Below are positions 26,755-40,000 of a stretch of 64,000 bases of DNA, in pieces. The notes beneath the pieces were generated by a model. The model was given only the letters and a program-made list of their open reading frames with translations, did not search any database and had not been told where the DNA came from. The position numbers and the translations under genes were made by a program. The DNA lies in NCBI RefSeq assembly GCF_036321535.1, contig NC_087436.1, forward strand, positions 102,922,001 to 102,986,000, written 5' to 3'. The stretch's first letter is position 1; each line of letters opens with the position of its first letter. The DNA is from Camelus dromedarius (taxonomy: Eukaryota).

Positions 26755-26950
26755 ACAGCAATAACTATTTACTGAGCTTTCTTTAACCAGACACTGAATT
26801 AGACACCATATATAAGGTGTATCACTTAATCCTATAATAGCCATTCAAGGATGCAAACCTATTTCTATTTGCCAGAGGAAAAACTGAGGCCCAAAGAGAT
26901 CAACTTGTTTACAGTCTCAAACACACTTAACGTAATTTCCATTATATTAG
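26755..26950 (-). mobile_element. MIR SINE
   Basis: tatttactgagc...ccagacactg...cacttaatcct...gaggaaaaactgaggcccaaagag. Confidence 0.7.
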
Positions 26951-27179
26951 AAATTGTTTCCTTAATGTCTCATTTCAAAGCAGATATTGAATTCATTCTG
27001 CCATAATTTCCTTCCTTTTCATATAGTGCTGAACTTGGTTTGCTAATTAGTAATCCAGGATTTTATTTGAACTCATAAAATTGGGCTATAATGTCCTTTT
27101 TTATACTGCCCTTGCTTCATTTTAGTATCAAAATTAAAAAAAAACAAAAAACAAAAAACAAAAATATTCACATGCATAT

Positions 27180-27662
27180 ATTAACCAAAATGGCCTTAAC
27201 ATTCCCCTCAGCTTAACTCAATTTGAGACAGGTTTCTTCCTGACTACTGCCCCCCCCACCTCTTTTCTTAGAACATTTACTTCAGAAAACTTTTAATTGT
27301 TAATTCCTTCTCTATTCCTTTGAAATGCAAATCTTCTCCTAACCTCTTGCCAGTTTTATAACCCGGGAATGTCCTTCTCCAGGACCTTGGGGCCATCTCT
27401 TTGAAATATAATCACAGAAGGACATAGAGGCTTTATCTTTTTGTCTCTATGGGAAGATGGGAGCCCGACTTCAACAAGCATCAATTAGCAAACACAGATG
27501 GCCTAATCACATTAGCCAACCTCCCCACTAACACTCTCCAGTACTTGTCCACTAGCTCACCTCAGGGCTTAAAAACTCACCGGCTTTTTGTTTCAAAAGT
27601 TCAGTCTCTTTCTCCTATTACAGTAAGCTTGAATGAGGTCTTCCTTGCCTGTTTAACCCCAC
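27180..27662 (+). mobile_element. Old ERV1 LTR (MER67-like)
   Basis: ccaaaatggccttaacattcccctcagctt...agacaggtttcttcctgact...; ends aatgaggtcttccttgcctgtttaac. Confidence 0.7.
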
Positions 27663-30353
27663 AAGTGTAGACTATACTTGGCAACATACACACAGACACA
27701 CACCCAATGTTGCTTATCTCCCTGCCCCTTCTCTCGGTTCTTGTAGTTTTATACCCTTTAAAAAAAAACACTTCATTGTCATATGAAATGGGTCCAAGGA
27801 AGAAAGATGTATGTCTTACTTATCATCTGTACCTAGAACAATTCCTCTGTTAGATGTATTAAAATTTAAAAAAAAAAAGATTTTTTCCAGAGCTTCTGTT
27901 TCTTTACAGCAGGAAGAATATTTATATTATCTAGGTACACAATGTCTCCTGGACCTGATGATAATAATTATTTTAGGAAAAAAGATTGTGAGCTTCCTTT
28001 CTCAAGTTCCAAAAGCATCATTTCTCTGTCTTCCATTTTTGTATACTCAGCAACCAGCTCATGGCCAGGCACATTTTGGGGACTACTTATGTGTTGAGTG
28101 ACTTAATTAACTTACAACTTCTCTCTAGATTATCTCCTCCATGAAGCTCCTTTCACAGTTACTCTGTGCACAGTTCCTTGTGGAACTTGGTCCACTACTA
28201 GAATTGGCACTTCTAGATCTTACAGCTGGAAATGGGTCTGTCCTTGTCTTATGATGACATCCAAAACCGACAGTGTGTTTCTTGAGAGCTGTGGCATTGT
28301 ATCTGCCTTCATCTCATAAAGTGTATCTTATTTGTATCTGATTCCTAGAAACCACCTACAAGCTATCTTACTGTGTCAAAGAAAGAAGTATATGGCTGGA
28401 CACATCCCAATTTGGGAAGATACTCTTAAATACATAAAAAGTATTTTAATGTGTTTTAAAGATTTAAAATATTTTTGGTCATATATTTTCATTATGTCAC
28501 ACTGGTTTTCCCCCATGTAAAGCTTCCATAGGTTGATGTTGAACATTAAGAATGCTGAGAAAACTCAGGGACACTTTCTACAGAAATGTTTAAGAAAATA
28601 AGTGATCATACAATGTGGAAAATTAACAGGTTTGAGAGGTCAGTGTCCTTGGGAGGTCCAAGTCATCTTAACAGAAATTGTTATTTTCATACTAGCTTCC
28701 TTCAAGCTGTTATCCATGAAGATAACAGAATATTCTTTTCAGATATAAATACATTAGTGTCACTCTCCTGCTTTAAAAAACTCCAGTGCCTCCCCTCATT
28801 CATGAAATGACATGCAAACTCTCTTACACAGACTTCAAGTTTCCACCCGTTTCTTTGGTTGTTTGGCTCAGGTCCTGGCTCATGCTGAAGAGCTCAATTC
28901 GTATCTATCAGTCACGTGGACGGAAACTTGAACTTGGCGATCTCTGCACTGTAGCCCAAAACATGCATTTTAAATTCTATTTCCTGAAATGTTTTCAGTG
29001 GATATGTGATGTTTAAAGAGTTGAAAGTATTTCACAGTAAATTAGACTACTCAGTCCTTCATCTGGAGAACAAAAATAATTACAGTGTATAGAAACTTTA
29101 TGATATTAAATATGCATGTGGTTAACATTGTTTTCAGGGTGAGCAGACTAAGTTCAGTTAAAGAAGAAAGGTGATTTTTTTTTTCATTTTGATGATTTGA
29201 AAACACTCTTCTAATGGAGAGAATGATGTCAGTAATACTGCTTCTTTTATGTTGAAAGGACTAAAGAAAGTCTTACTTTTATCAGACTCAAAAAGAAGTG
29301 ACACTCTACTAAATATTTAAAGGAGTCTATGCTCCTTAGAAAAGGTTTGAATGATTCCTTTGTGGAAACAGCCCCTTCAGGGAAAAGAGGAAATACATTA
29401 AACTTTAGCATTTAGTGTAGTTTATTATAAGAATTTATATGAGACTATGAATATCATTTAATATGCCAGATAGTATCATACATTTTAATACATTTAAAGA
29501 ACGTATTCTGAAACTCTCTCCCAGTGAAGGATGAGACTGCTCTGAGAATAAAACTGGCCCATTTTTACCCAAGCCCTGACTGTTTTCTTCTCTAGCAACA
29601 ATTTAAATGGCTTTTAGGCACTCGCTCGAGTAATTTTATACATTACTCTCTATCCATGATAAAAAATGTTACTGATCTCTGAGTCTGACTTTATTTCATT
29701 GCTAAGCTCCTCCACTGCTAGATGTTACATCACTGTATTTGTCTATGTTCCTCTGCCTTTTAATTTAGGTTGGGAAATGCTGGGCCACACCATTTCAGAC
29801 TTTGGGAGACAATTATCCCCCTCTTCTCAAAACCAGGTTCTACAAAGAAGCCAAAGATTGGGTGCGATAGAAATTACAGCACAGAACTGAAGGGCTGGGT
29901 TGTGGGAAGGCTGAGAAGACAGGTCCCTGCTCTCCACGTGGGGGACACGGATGCGGGGGCAGCAGGACCTGGTCGACTCGGCTGAGATAGCTGACAGAGG
30001 ACAAAGAAGCCACTGTCTCTACTTCCTCCTGCCTCTCAGATTTGTCTCAGTCAGTCATCACATTTTTGTAGGGGAAACGGAACTGTTCTGAGAAATCATT
30101 ATATGGCAGTGACCATGTCTTCTCCACCTACTTCAACTATGCTTAGTCAATAGCCACGCAGAGAAATAAGTACAGATTTTATTGATGTAAGAGCAATTTT
30201 GTAAGACTAAACAGGACCATAGAAGGAAATATAGTTCCTATCTGACTTTTTGATATCATGACTATAATTTTTTTATTATTAATATAGAATCTGATAAACT
30301 AGATGCAAAATAGAGCAAAGTTCCTATATCAGATGTCCTTCTGTTCTTTATAC

Positions 30354-30530
30354 TAGTGGTCTCTAAACTCGGTTGCATATTTGGATCACAGGAGCAGGCT
30401 TAGAAATCCTAATGTATGGGCTTTACTGCATACCACTTTAAATCAGTATCCTTAAAGGTGAGAACCAGAACTCAGCATATTTTAAAGCGTCCAGGTGATT
30501 CCAAAGTGCAGTCAAGGTTGATAAACACTG
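30354..30530. mobile_element. MER5-type hAT MITE
   Basis: tagtggtctctaaact...ccaggtgattcc...aggttgataaacactg. Confidence 0.75.
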
Positions 30531-30925
30531 ATCTAGGCTATTTCTTTGAAGGCAGAGATAAAGTCTACTGTAAATAAATAGTATTACAATTATTTCATGA
30601 AAACATTGTATAGGAAAGGCATCAGTTTTACTTTAAAAGTTGCCTTAATTAAATTATCAAATTCCACCTCTTCCACACATAGACTTAAACAAATTTAATT
30701 TACTTCAGTTATAAAATGGAGATGAAACTACATGCCTTACAGAGAATTTGTGAGGATTATACGTAATGGGTAATGCCTACCACATGATTACTGAATAAAT
30801 AGCTGCTCATACATCACAGATGATTTTGGCATATTTCTAGAAAAAAAATTTATCTCACAATGCACACTTCCTCTCCCCCTATACCTTTGGCCATTCTTCT
30901 TTCTTTTGATGTCAGAAACTTGATA

Positions 30926-30927
<2 letters not shown>

Positions 30928-30977
<50 letters not shown>
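30928..30977. repeat. (TG)n microsatellite
   Basis: Perfect dinucleotide run. Confidence 0.97.
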
Positions 30978-30978
<1 letters not shown>

Positions 30979-30979
30979 T

Positions 30980-31518
30980 GGGGGGGGCATGGATAAACTT
31001 ACCCCAACCTTCAGTTTCTATGTTTTACATGAAGTTGACACTATCCCATTTCTTCTCTGTCTGTGGATATGGATATGTGATTCAGATCTGCCCAAAACAG
31101 TACATCCCATGCCACAAATTCTGTGATTGGCCCATGGACAGGTATTTTACCCAGTGTGAGCCAATGAGAGTCAGTGCCCAGATTTTTGTTCGAATTTTGA
31201 GAGACAGCGAATCTCCTTCATGCTGGGCTTGCCAGTGCAAAGACGTAGGGCGAGGCTACTGTCAGCCCTCTTGTTATCGTGTTGGTTCTACAGCATGAAG
31301 GAGGCAGAACTGAGGCAGGTATTGCGATCAGATCCTGGTAAATTTAGGAGAGCCCCTTGATGAAGTGGTACCGCAGGCTAGACAGCTAAATCAACTGATG
31401 GACTGCCAATATTTTTCTTTTGTCTTTCTTTTCTTTTTGTGTCTTCTTTTTTCTAAAGCCTATTTACAGTCTCAACTGTACTTTCTGACATGTTCAACCA
31501 AAAGATTCCTAAATGTAC
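30980..31518 (+). mobile_element. LTR16-like ERVL LTR
   Basis: gtgattggccc...gagccaatgagagtcag; ends caaccaaaagattcctaaatgtaca. Confidence 0.65.
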
Positions 31519-31999
31519 ACACATTAAAAAATTTTTTGCTTTTTTTTTTCTCCCATTGTATTCCCTTAGAGTCTATAACCTGAAAATTGGAAGTTACTTA
31601 TTATTAAAAAAATAACTGATTAATTTATGGTAATCTTTCCTTTCCTATGCTTTATTTCCATGCATGAAATAGTTTCCCTTTTTCTTCTTGACAAATCACA
31701 CTGGTCTGCAAAACCTTAGATCAGATGTTAAGTCCTTATTCTTGCTCCAGTTTCCAGTAAGAATCATTCTCCTCCTCCTCATTGGCCTTCGCTTGCATTA
31801 ATGTGTTTAACCCTATTGGATACCTGAAGGCAAGAGTCACGTCTAAATCATTTTCTTTTTAATTTCATACTTGGTGCAATGGTTTGGGCAGAAACTCTGT
31901 TAGCATGACTGGATAACCGAATTGCTATTTCCCAAGTCACATAAAATCTCAGGTTGGCTTCATAAATACAATTGCAGTATTCACAACAAGGGCAGCAAT

Positions 32000-33720
32000 A
32001 TCTCAAAAGTTTGACCACGCCTGAAACTGTGTTTAATTACAGGTATAGCCCTTTGGAGGAACAGAAGGAATAATGGCAAATTAGAATATTCATATAAGAA
32101 ATTATCCAGATGAATTGTTAAAATTGGTGTATTTAAAGCAACAGAAGAAACTTGAGGTATCTATTCTGATGGTTGTTTTCAACATTTGAGGAATAGTCTT
32201 ATATTAAACTAGAGAACAAAACTAATGTCAGTGGTAGAATTTATAAAGAGATTTGGAGTATGTGGAAGGCATATGGAACAAATAGAGAGACACTCGGCAT
32301 CTTCAAAGAGGGTGAAGCTCTTTGTCCTTTAAAAAGCACCCAAAGAGAGAAAAGAGTTAGATTGCAGGACTTGCTGGTCTGCTGCACCTTCAAAAATGTT
32401 TGATTCAGTGATGGGTTGTAAATATCATTTAACTACAAATCAGAAGATACCATCCAAGTAGTAATCATCATGTAGTTGTGTAACCATTTAAACAAATTTT
32501 TCAAACTCTTTGTTGCTTCATTTACTGAGTGGATACAACCTGAATGATCTGGAATATTTTTCCTAGCTTAAGACCTCTCTGCTTTTGTATTTCTTTCTTT
32601 TTACCCATAGTATATCTTTGCTTGAATTTTCCTTAATATTATCAGTACATTACCTTGATAAGCATTCTAAAATCAAATTTGAAAAAACATATAAAGCTGA
32701 AAATGTTTTAATATACATGTGAATAAAAGTGACTATTAGCATACACATTAAAAGTGTTAAATTTCTGGAGTAAAAGTAAAAACTCTTATTTGCATTCATT
32801 TAAAATGATTCTATAATTAGTAACCGGGAGAACATATGTCTAATACCTAAGTTTATTAAATTATATTTACGACTAATTTGAGCACATATGGTTTAAAAAT
32901 TATATTCTTCACATTTAAACAAGAGCAATATAGATGCTACTAACACTAACTGTGGCATTTCAAACGAATAGGAAAACTATACCACTAATTTTGCACTAAT
33001 TTTATAAAGATATTAGGAATATCTATTAAATCATATGTTTTTAACCAAAGAAATGGAGAAACAATACACATACATTTCAGGAAGATAAGAAAGATACGTA
33101 TCTTATCAAGCAATTCTTACATAGTTTTAAGTTAACACTGTAGAGCAGAATTGGGTGCATTGGTTCAAGATGAGGGAATTAATTCTCAGAGTGGAAAAGA
33201 CACTCATCTGGCAGGCAGAATGTTTGCCTTAGTAGTGGATACTTGAAGTCGTTCTTTGAAGACTTATATACAAATGTGATCAGAAGGAGTCGATTGTTGC
33301 TTTAAGGAATGTTCCACAAGTTCTGTGCCATAAATTGTTTAAGAACTGCAATTGGTACGTAGGTAGAAGTTCTGCCTTAGTTTAACATTTCTGTAAATGA
33401 TCCAGAAGAAAGAGAAGGTGAATATAGCTTGCTAGTGGCTCTAATCTCTCCCACCTGCTGAAATATTAAGTCAATAAGGATTCATTTCAAAATCTCACTA
33501 TCAGTGTGAGTAGGCAGGAATGTGGCAGACAAGAGGGGAAATTTTAAGAACATACTATTTGGGAAATAATTGAAATTATAATTACAAAAGGATAAAATTT
33601 GAGGGAGCTAATTTGACACTCCCCACGCCTCCACCTCCCGGCAACTACAACAACAAAAAAATGTCAAGCCTTTAAAAACAATTTCCTTAAATTACTGAAA
33701 AAATATGGTGATTTGATCTC
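32000..33720 (+). mobile_element. Highly degenerate CR1/L3-like fragments
   Basis: Weak similarity to CR1 RT and 3' regions (tttaacatttctgtaaatgatcc; gttttcaacatttgagg). Boundaries uncertain. Confidence 0.35.
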
Positions 33721-33939
33721 AAAAGAATATATAATAACAGGTCACACTGGGAAAGATACAGGTATCCTTGTTCTGTGCTCTAATCTATTGCACTTTTCAG
33801 ATATTGTGGTTTTTTAACAAATAGGAGGTTTTGTGGCAATCCCGAACTGAGCAAGTGTATTAGCACAATTTTTCCAATAGCAGTTGCTCACTTTGTGTCT
33901 TTGTATCACATTTTGGTAATTATAGCAATGTCTCAAACC

Positions 33940-33940
<1 letters not shown>

Positions 33941-33986
<46 letters not shown>

Positions 33987-34002
33987 ATTATTATTATTAT
34001 TA
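33941..34002. repeat. Compound (GTT)n(ATT)n microsatellite within Tigger1
   Basis: Direct reading of the sequence. Confidence 0.95.
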
Positions 34003-34220
34003 TATTTATTATGGTGATCTGTGAGCAGTAATCTTTGATGTTACTATTGTAATTGTTTTGTGGTGCCAGGAACCTCACCCATCAAACTTAATCGATAAAT
34101 GCTGTGTGTGCTCTGACTGCTCCAACAACCAGACATTCTCCCATCTCTCTCCCTCTTGTTGGGTCCCCCTTTGCCCTGAGTCACAACAATATTGAAATTA
34201 GTCCAGTGAACAACCCTAGG

Positions 34221-35170
34221 ATGTCCTCTAAGTGTTCAAGTAAAAGGGAGAGTCACACATCTCTCTCTTTAAATCTAAAACTAGAAATAACTAAGCTTAG
34301 TGAGGGAGGCATGTCAAAAGCCAAAATAGGTTGAAATTAGGCCTCTTGCTCCAGTTAGTCAAGCTGTGAATGCAAAGAAAAAGTTCTTGAAGGAAATTAA
34401 AAATGCTACTCCAGGGAACATAGGAATGGTAAGAAAGTGAAACAGCCTTACTGCTGATATGGAGAAAGTTTCAGTGATCTGGATAGATCACAAAATTCCC
34501 TAATGTCAAAGGCTAATCCAGAGAAAGGGTCTAACTCTTTTCAATTCTCTGAAGGCTGAAGGAGGTGAGGAAGCAGAAGAAAAGTTGGGATCTGGCAGAG
34601 GTTGGTTCATGAAGATCAAGGAAAGAAGCCGTCTGCATTACATAAAAATGTAAGGGGAAGCAGCAAGGGCTTGTGTAGAAGCTGCAGCAAGCTATCCAGG
34701 TGATCTAGCTGAGATAATGAACGAGGGTGGCTGCACTAAACAACATATTGTCAATGTAGCTGAAAAGCCTTCTACTGGAAGAAGATGCCATCTGGGACTT
34801 TCGTAGCTAGAGAGGAGAAGTCAATGCCTGGCTTCAAAGCTTCAGAGGACAGACTGATTCTCTTGGGAGAGGTTAATGCAGCTGGTGACTTTCAGTTGAA
34901 GCCAATGCTCATTTATCATTCCAAATTTAAGAATTATGCTAAATCTACTCAGATTGTGCTCTATAAATGGAACAGCAAAGAATTTAGAATATTACATAAA
35001 CTTAGTTGATAAATCAGTGGCTGGATTTAAGAGGATTGACTCTAATTTTGAAAAAAGTTCTACTGTGGGTATCAATGCTATTAATCAGCATTCTTTGCTG
35101 CAGAGAAATCGTTCATGGAAAGAAGAGTCAATCAATGTGGCAAATTTCACTGCTGTTGTCTTGTTTTAAG
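34221..35170 (+). pseudogene. Tigger1 (pogo-family) transposase remnant with stops, frameshifts and an internal deletion
   Basis: ORF pieces 34104-34334, 34785-35009 and 34936-35169 match the N-terminal HTH, the start of the DDE domain and the C-terminal [10 protein letters not shown] segment. Confidence 0.88.
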
Positions 35171-35678
35171 AAACTGCCACAGGCACTCCAACCTTCAGCA
35201 ACCACCACCCTGATCAGTCAGAAGCCATCAACATGGGGAAAAGACCCTCCACCAAGAAAAAGATTATGACTCCTTGCTGAAGGATCAGATGATGCTTAGC
35301 ATTTTCTAGAAATAAAAAAAAATTAAATTAAGGTATGTGCAGTTTTTAGACATAATTCTATTGCACACTTAACAGACTACAGTGTACTGGAAACATAACT
35401 TGTATAGGCACTGGGAAACCCAAAAACGTGTGCCTCGCGTTATTGCTGAACTGAAACCAGACCCACACTATTTGCAAGGTATGCCGGCATAGGAAATAAA
35501 CAGAATTATAAGAATCATAATATATGAGCATATATATCAATCATATATATCAATCATAATCACTGAGCATCTACTTTGTGCCAGACTTGAAGACATTCTG
35601 TGAACATTAAAGCCTTGTGAAAATCTTCAGAATTCCTAGTATTCATCTGGGGAAATTTGGACTCTTCGATAGTTAAAG

Positions 35679-35885
35679 CAGTGGTTCTCAGTCAGGAGAC
35701 ATTAGGCAGATAAGTCTAGAGATATTTCCGGTTGTTACAATGAGGGAGTAGAGGGGCTGCTACTGGCATACAGCGGGTCGAGACAAAAATGCTGTTAAAC
35801 ACCTTACAATGCATAAGACAGCTTCCCCCAGAAACAATGATCTGGGCCATAATTATGTGAAAAATGTCAAAGTGGAGAAACTCTG
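35679..35885. mobile_element. MER20 hAT MITE
   Basis: cagtggttctca...gctactggcat...tgctgttaaacaccttacaatgca...gagaaactctg. Confidence 0.85.
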
Positions 35886-36779
35886 CTTGAAAACGTCCAA
35901 GAATTTTGTCCTGTGACTCTTATACTTTGTATTTATAGTTTCACTTCAAATAGACATGCAAAAGTTTTAGAGATCAGTAAAGGGATATAGAGACTTTGAC
36001 CTACAGCAGACTAAAATGTAAAGAAATTGTTAGTAGTGGGAGAGAGAGAGAGATAATTTTAATTTTATTTTGTCTCATGAATTCAATAAAATATATAAAA
36101 TACAAAATTAAATGATGTAAAAACCTAGAACCTACCTCAAGGATTTTGAAATCACTTAGTGGTGGGTAGATGAAAAAACAAAACAAGCAAAACAAACAAA
36201 CAAACCAAAAAAACCATAAAGAAGGAGAATGGAGTAAACCCATAAAATAAGTCTAAATACCTGGAGTTTCAAATAGGAAGGACACATATCTGGCTTAGAA
36301 AATCTAGAATAAAGGAAGGCTTGTTTTTAACTTGACCTTAACAAATGGGTAGGTTTTCGAAAGAAAAAAAGTGTCTTGAGGAGCAGTATTCGTTCTCTCT
36401 CTTCTCTCCTCCCCCTTCATTCGTCTCTTCTCTTTCCTCCTCTCAATACAGAAACAACGTAACATAGATTTTGTGCCATTTGGGGAGGAACACAAAGGAA
36501 GTTTATTGGTCTGATAAGAAGCCAGGAAGGGGTGTTTTCTAGAGGATTCAATTTTGAATCAGCTGAAAGTACAGAAGTGGGTAGAGGAAAAGCAACTCAG
36601 GCAGCAGAAAAAGCTCCAGTAAATGAGTGGGAGCCTGGAAGAAAGCGGATGGTCTCATTCTGTTTATGATGTTATTCCCCTTCCCTCCACGCAAAGAAAG
36701 TACATGGAGACCTGTAGACCTTTTCTCTGAAATTCTTCCTAGGGAAACTTTCTTTGATTTCTCTGACTTGATAAAATTC

Positions 36780-37010
36780 CTCTGTAACAGGTGTAAATAC
36801 CACTGTGTTACCCTTTTATGGCACTGACCACAGTACAATTTTATATTTATTTATGGGATTATTTGATTAGTCTCTGTCTCTCCATCAGACTGTAAGAATC
36901 ATAAGGTCAGACTCCAGGTTCAATTACGTTCACCCAGTGCAGAGCACAGTAGTTCCAAGAGAGGTGATATACAAAAAGTATTCATGGAAAAAATACAATA
37001 CATAAAATAA
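36780..37010 (+). mobile_element. L2 3' end
   Basis: tgtctctccatcagactgtaag...cccagtgcagagcacagt. Confidence 0.65.
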
Positions 37011-40000
37011 CGACGTAAGACACTAAACACTGTCGTCAGAGTATTAAGTAAAGTTTATACCACGGTGAATTTTGATTTGAAGGAGAATAATGATGTCAAT
37101 TAAGAAAGGTTCTCGCTTATCTCATTAAAAATGCTTGCACTTTATCCCACAGGCAGTGGGAAGCCACTGGAGTACTTCAACAAACATCGGGGTTCACAAT
37201 CATATCTTTACCTTACATGGCTGATTTTAATAATAATTTTTTAAAGGGCGGATTTGGGCACAGGGGAAATAATGGAAAACAGGTGAATAATTATGAAAAT
37301 ATTACAGTTGTCTGGAGATGAAGTGATGAATTCCTTAGTAGACCTGCCACGAGAGCATTCTGTTTGATAGTCTGAGGTTAGACACAGAAGGTAGATTAAA
37401 CCCAGAATACGAAAGACTTTTTTCACATAGTAACTGATCCAATTCAAGTTAAGTAGGAAAAAAATGTTTTTTCAATTATCTTTCTTGAATATCTGTTATG
37501 TTTCCAAAATGATCCTGGTGCCATTATGTGTGGATGTAGGTCATTCTGTGCGCTGCTGTTCTGAGATAACTCTGCTTTTGAGATAATTTACAACAAATCC
37601 ATCAATGCATTGTTGTGCTCTAAATAAAATAGATTACTCAGGCATAAAGTCATATCCTGTCTTTATAAATGATGCTGTGAGAAAAAAGCTAACTGCATGA
37701 TGTGTCTTCAAAGTCTTAAGACAATGTATTACAGTGTATTTGATTTTTAAATGGAACTATAAATTATACACCCCAAGAAAAATTATAAGGTTTAACGATG
37801 AGGATGAGCTTTACCGTAACTCTCATCTGAGACAAATGTTGCCATAAAAATCTAAATCAGCATTTAATGAATAGACAGAAGCTAGAAACCTTGACAGTAG
37901 TGCTAGTTGGGAAAGACTTGAAGACCTGTAGAAAGAACTTAGGTCAGAAGGCAAAAGTCTGTGCCTCCTCCCTTCGACTTCCGGAACACAGAGAGGCTCT
38001 CATGTCACATCTCTCCACAGTATGTGAAAGGCTGCGGTTGAGGGGACAGCCTTGATCTGTGCAGGAACCAGCACTTTTGTTAATGCCCCAAATGAGACAA
38101 AGAATTAGTAGCTGAGGCATCTGTTCCTGCACATTCAGAACAAAGAATAAATCCTGTATTTAGTGTAGCTGCACACAAAGGAGAGAATGATCTGGAAATG
38201 TAAATCGCAGAAAGAATTTCTCCCTGGAGTGTTAATAACAGGTCAGTAATTACCCTGAAAAGAAAGGAGACAGATAGAACTCCATGGAAAATCCAACCCA
38301 CCCTGTCAGACAGCCACACTGTTTTCTTTGGGAGAAGTAATTTAATTTCAATGGGAAAATATATTTTCAGGCTGCAATCTCTATTAAATGTTTAATTAAA
38401 GTTAACGGAAAGTTTCCTTTTAAGAAAGCAATTAAACACTAAGAACACTAGAAAATGTTTTTCACCCTCTTTTGCTTGTTACTCTTTTGAAAACAACAGA
38501 TCATTATTGTCCTCAGTGTTCGGAAAATTCCAAGTGGAAGTGTATTTACTGTGTCCTTTTCCAAAGCTGAGTTATGTACAGGAAGGGAAATAACCCACTT
38601 GTTAGATAATATACAACATAATCATTAATGATAATACATTATAGGGACATGAAGAAATTATTCTAGAAGTTATTTATGTTATGGTTCCCTTTTGGTATTG
38701 CTCATAAAAAGAAATTAAGTGTGCAGGAAATCTGTATTTAGTTCAGATGGTAAAAGGTAAGTGAGAGGATTTCATTTTGGAAAGTGCTCAGTGAGCCAGG
38801 CCTCAAAGGATAATGAGAATCCAGAGCCTTCTTAGATACTAAGTGAAAACTCACCCGTTCTCTTTGACAGTGCTGGGAAAAATCTGCACATGAATGTCTT
38901 CTGGACTTGTGAATATATTTAGAAACTCACAAAGAGAAACTCATAGCCTGAATGTGTCCGTATACCTCCCAAACTGCAAACAGCACAGTGAGAGTAGTGA
39001 CTCGCTTTTTTAAAAAACTTCACTCCAGTCTAAGAACCAATACAAACAAGACCATGTCTGTCTTATTCATCTTTGAATCACCAGCGCCCAGTACAGTGCC
39101 TCTCATAGTAGGATTCAATCAAATGGTGTTGAATGAAGAAATACATTTTCCCCACATGCTTTATATTAGAAAAAGATGGATTTTATACAGCACTACGAGA
39201 CAGTGTATGTGCATGTGTGTCTGTGTATGTTTAAAGCAATACTTTACTTACTCTTAAATTTTCTCTTTCCTAAAATGATAACACAGAAGACATGGGGGAT
39301 AAATGCACATCTGTAATATAGGCAGAAATAGTTCACTAGTATAACTGGAGGAAAAGAATGGCATAGTTGTTATAAACACTCATCGTTCTTTGGTTTTAGC
39401 ATTTACAGTTAAGGATAGTATATATGATAGTGTAGAAACAGGGAAGAGAAAGCAATACAATGAAAAATGGATATAAATACGGGGCTGTTCCACTTACAAT
39501 CCTCTTTCCCACTTAAACTACTCCTCTGTACCTTGTCAGGCTAGAAACTGACTGGGCCACACCAGAAAATTAGGAGGTGAACTGACTTTTCTCTGAAAAC
39601 TTGTAAACTCTCATATTCTCTAGAACAGAGATAATTAGGTGGACTTCCTTGTCCTGCTTCTCTTAAATTAGATGACGCTTAAAACCTATTATGTTAGCAG
39701 AGTATTTAATTGAGAGAAGTATTTCCCAATTTAGTAAGAATGTGAAATTAAAATGTGAAAAGACAAAAAGCAAGCTTTGTGGCAGGTGGAAGAAGAGGAG
39801 ACAGAAATCACACAAGGAAGGGAACGGTCTATAAAGCTCAATGTGCAGCCAGACGAGATGTTCAAGTAAGAATAATGTGGAAAAGAAAGTCTGAGAAAGG
39901 AGATCAGAAGAAACAGTGAACAAAATGGAAATAGAGATGTAAGTACAGACTTAACTTTCAAGGAGGCAAAGTACTTTTGTTTATATTTTTTTTCAAAAAA

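Larger units (their letters stand above)
33759..35487 (+). mobile_element. Tigger1 DNA transposon with both termini, internally deleted
   Basis: ta|caggtatcct...aggtatgccgg termini; transposase remnants MSSKCSSKRESHTSLSLNLKLEITKLSEGGMSKAKIG and [27 protein letters not shown]...LKPMLIYHS. Confidence 0.93.

Noticed and set aside
30860..31298. ORFs containing CVCVCV runs (also the HTHT/CVCV ORFs at 18753-19022)
   Set aside because: Translation artefacts of (TG)n/(CA)n microsatellites.
34104..35269. Possible domesticated TIGD1-like gene
   Set aside because: Multiple stops and frameshifts, loss of the catalytic core and retained transposon termini indicate a dead Tigger1 copy.
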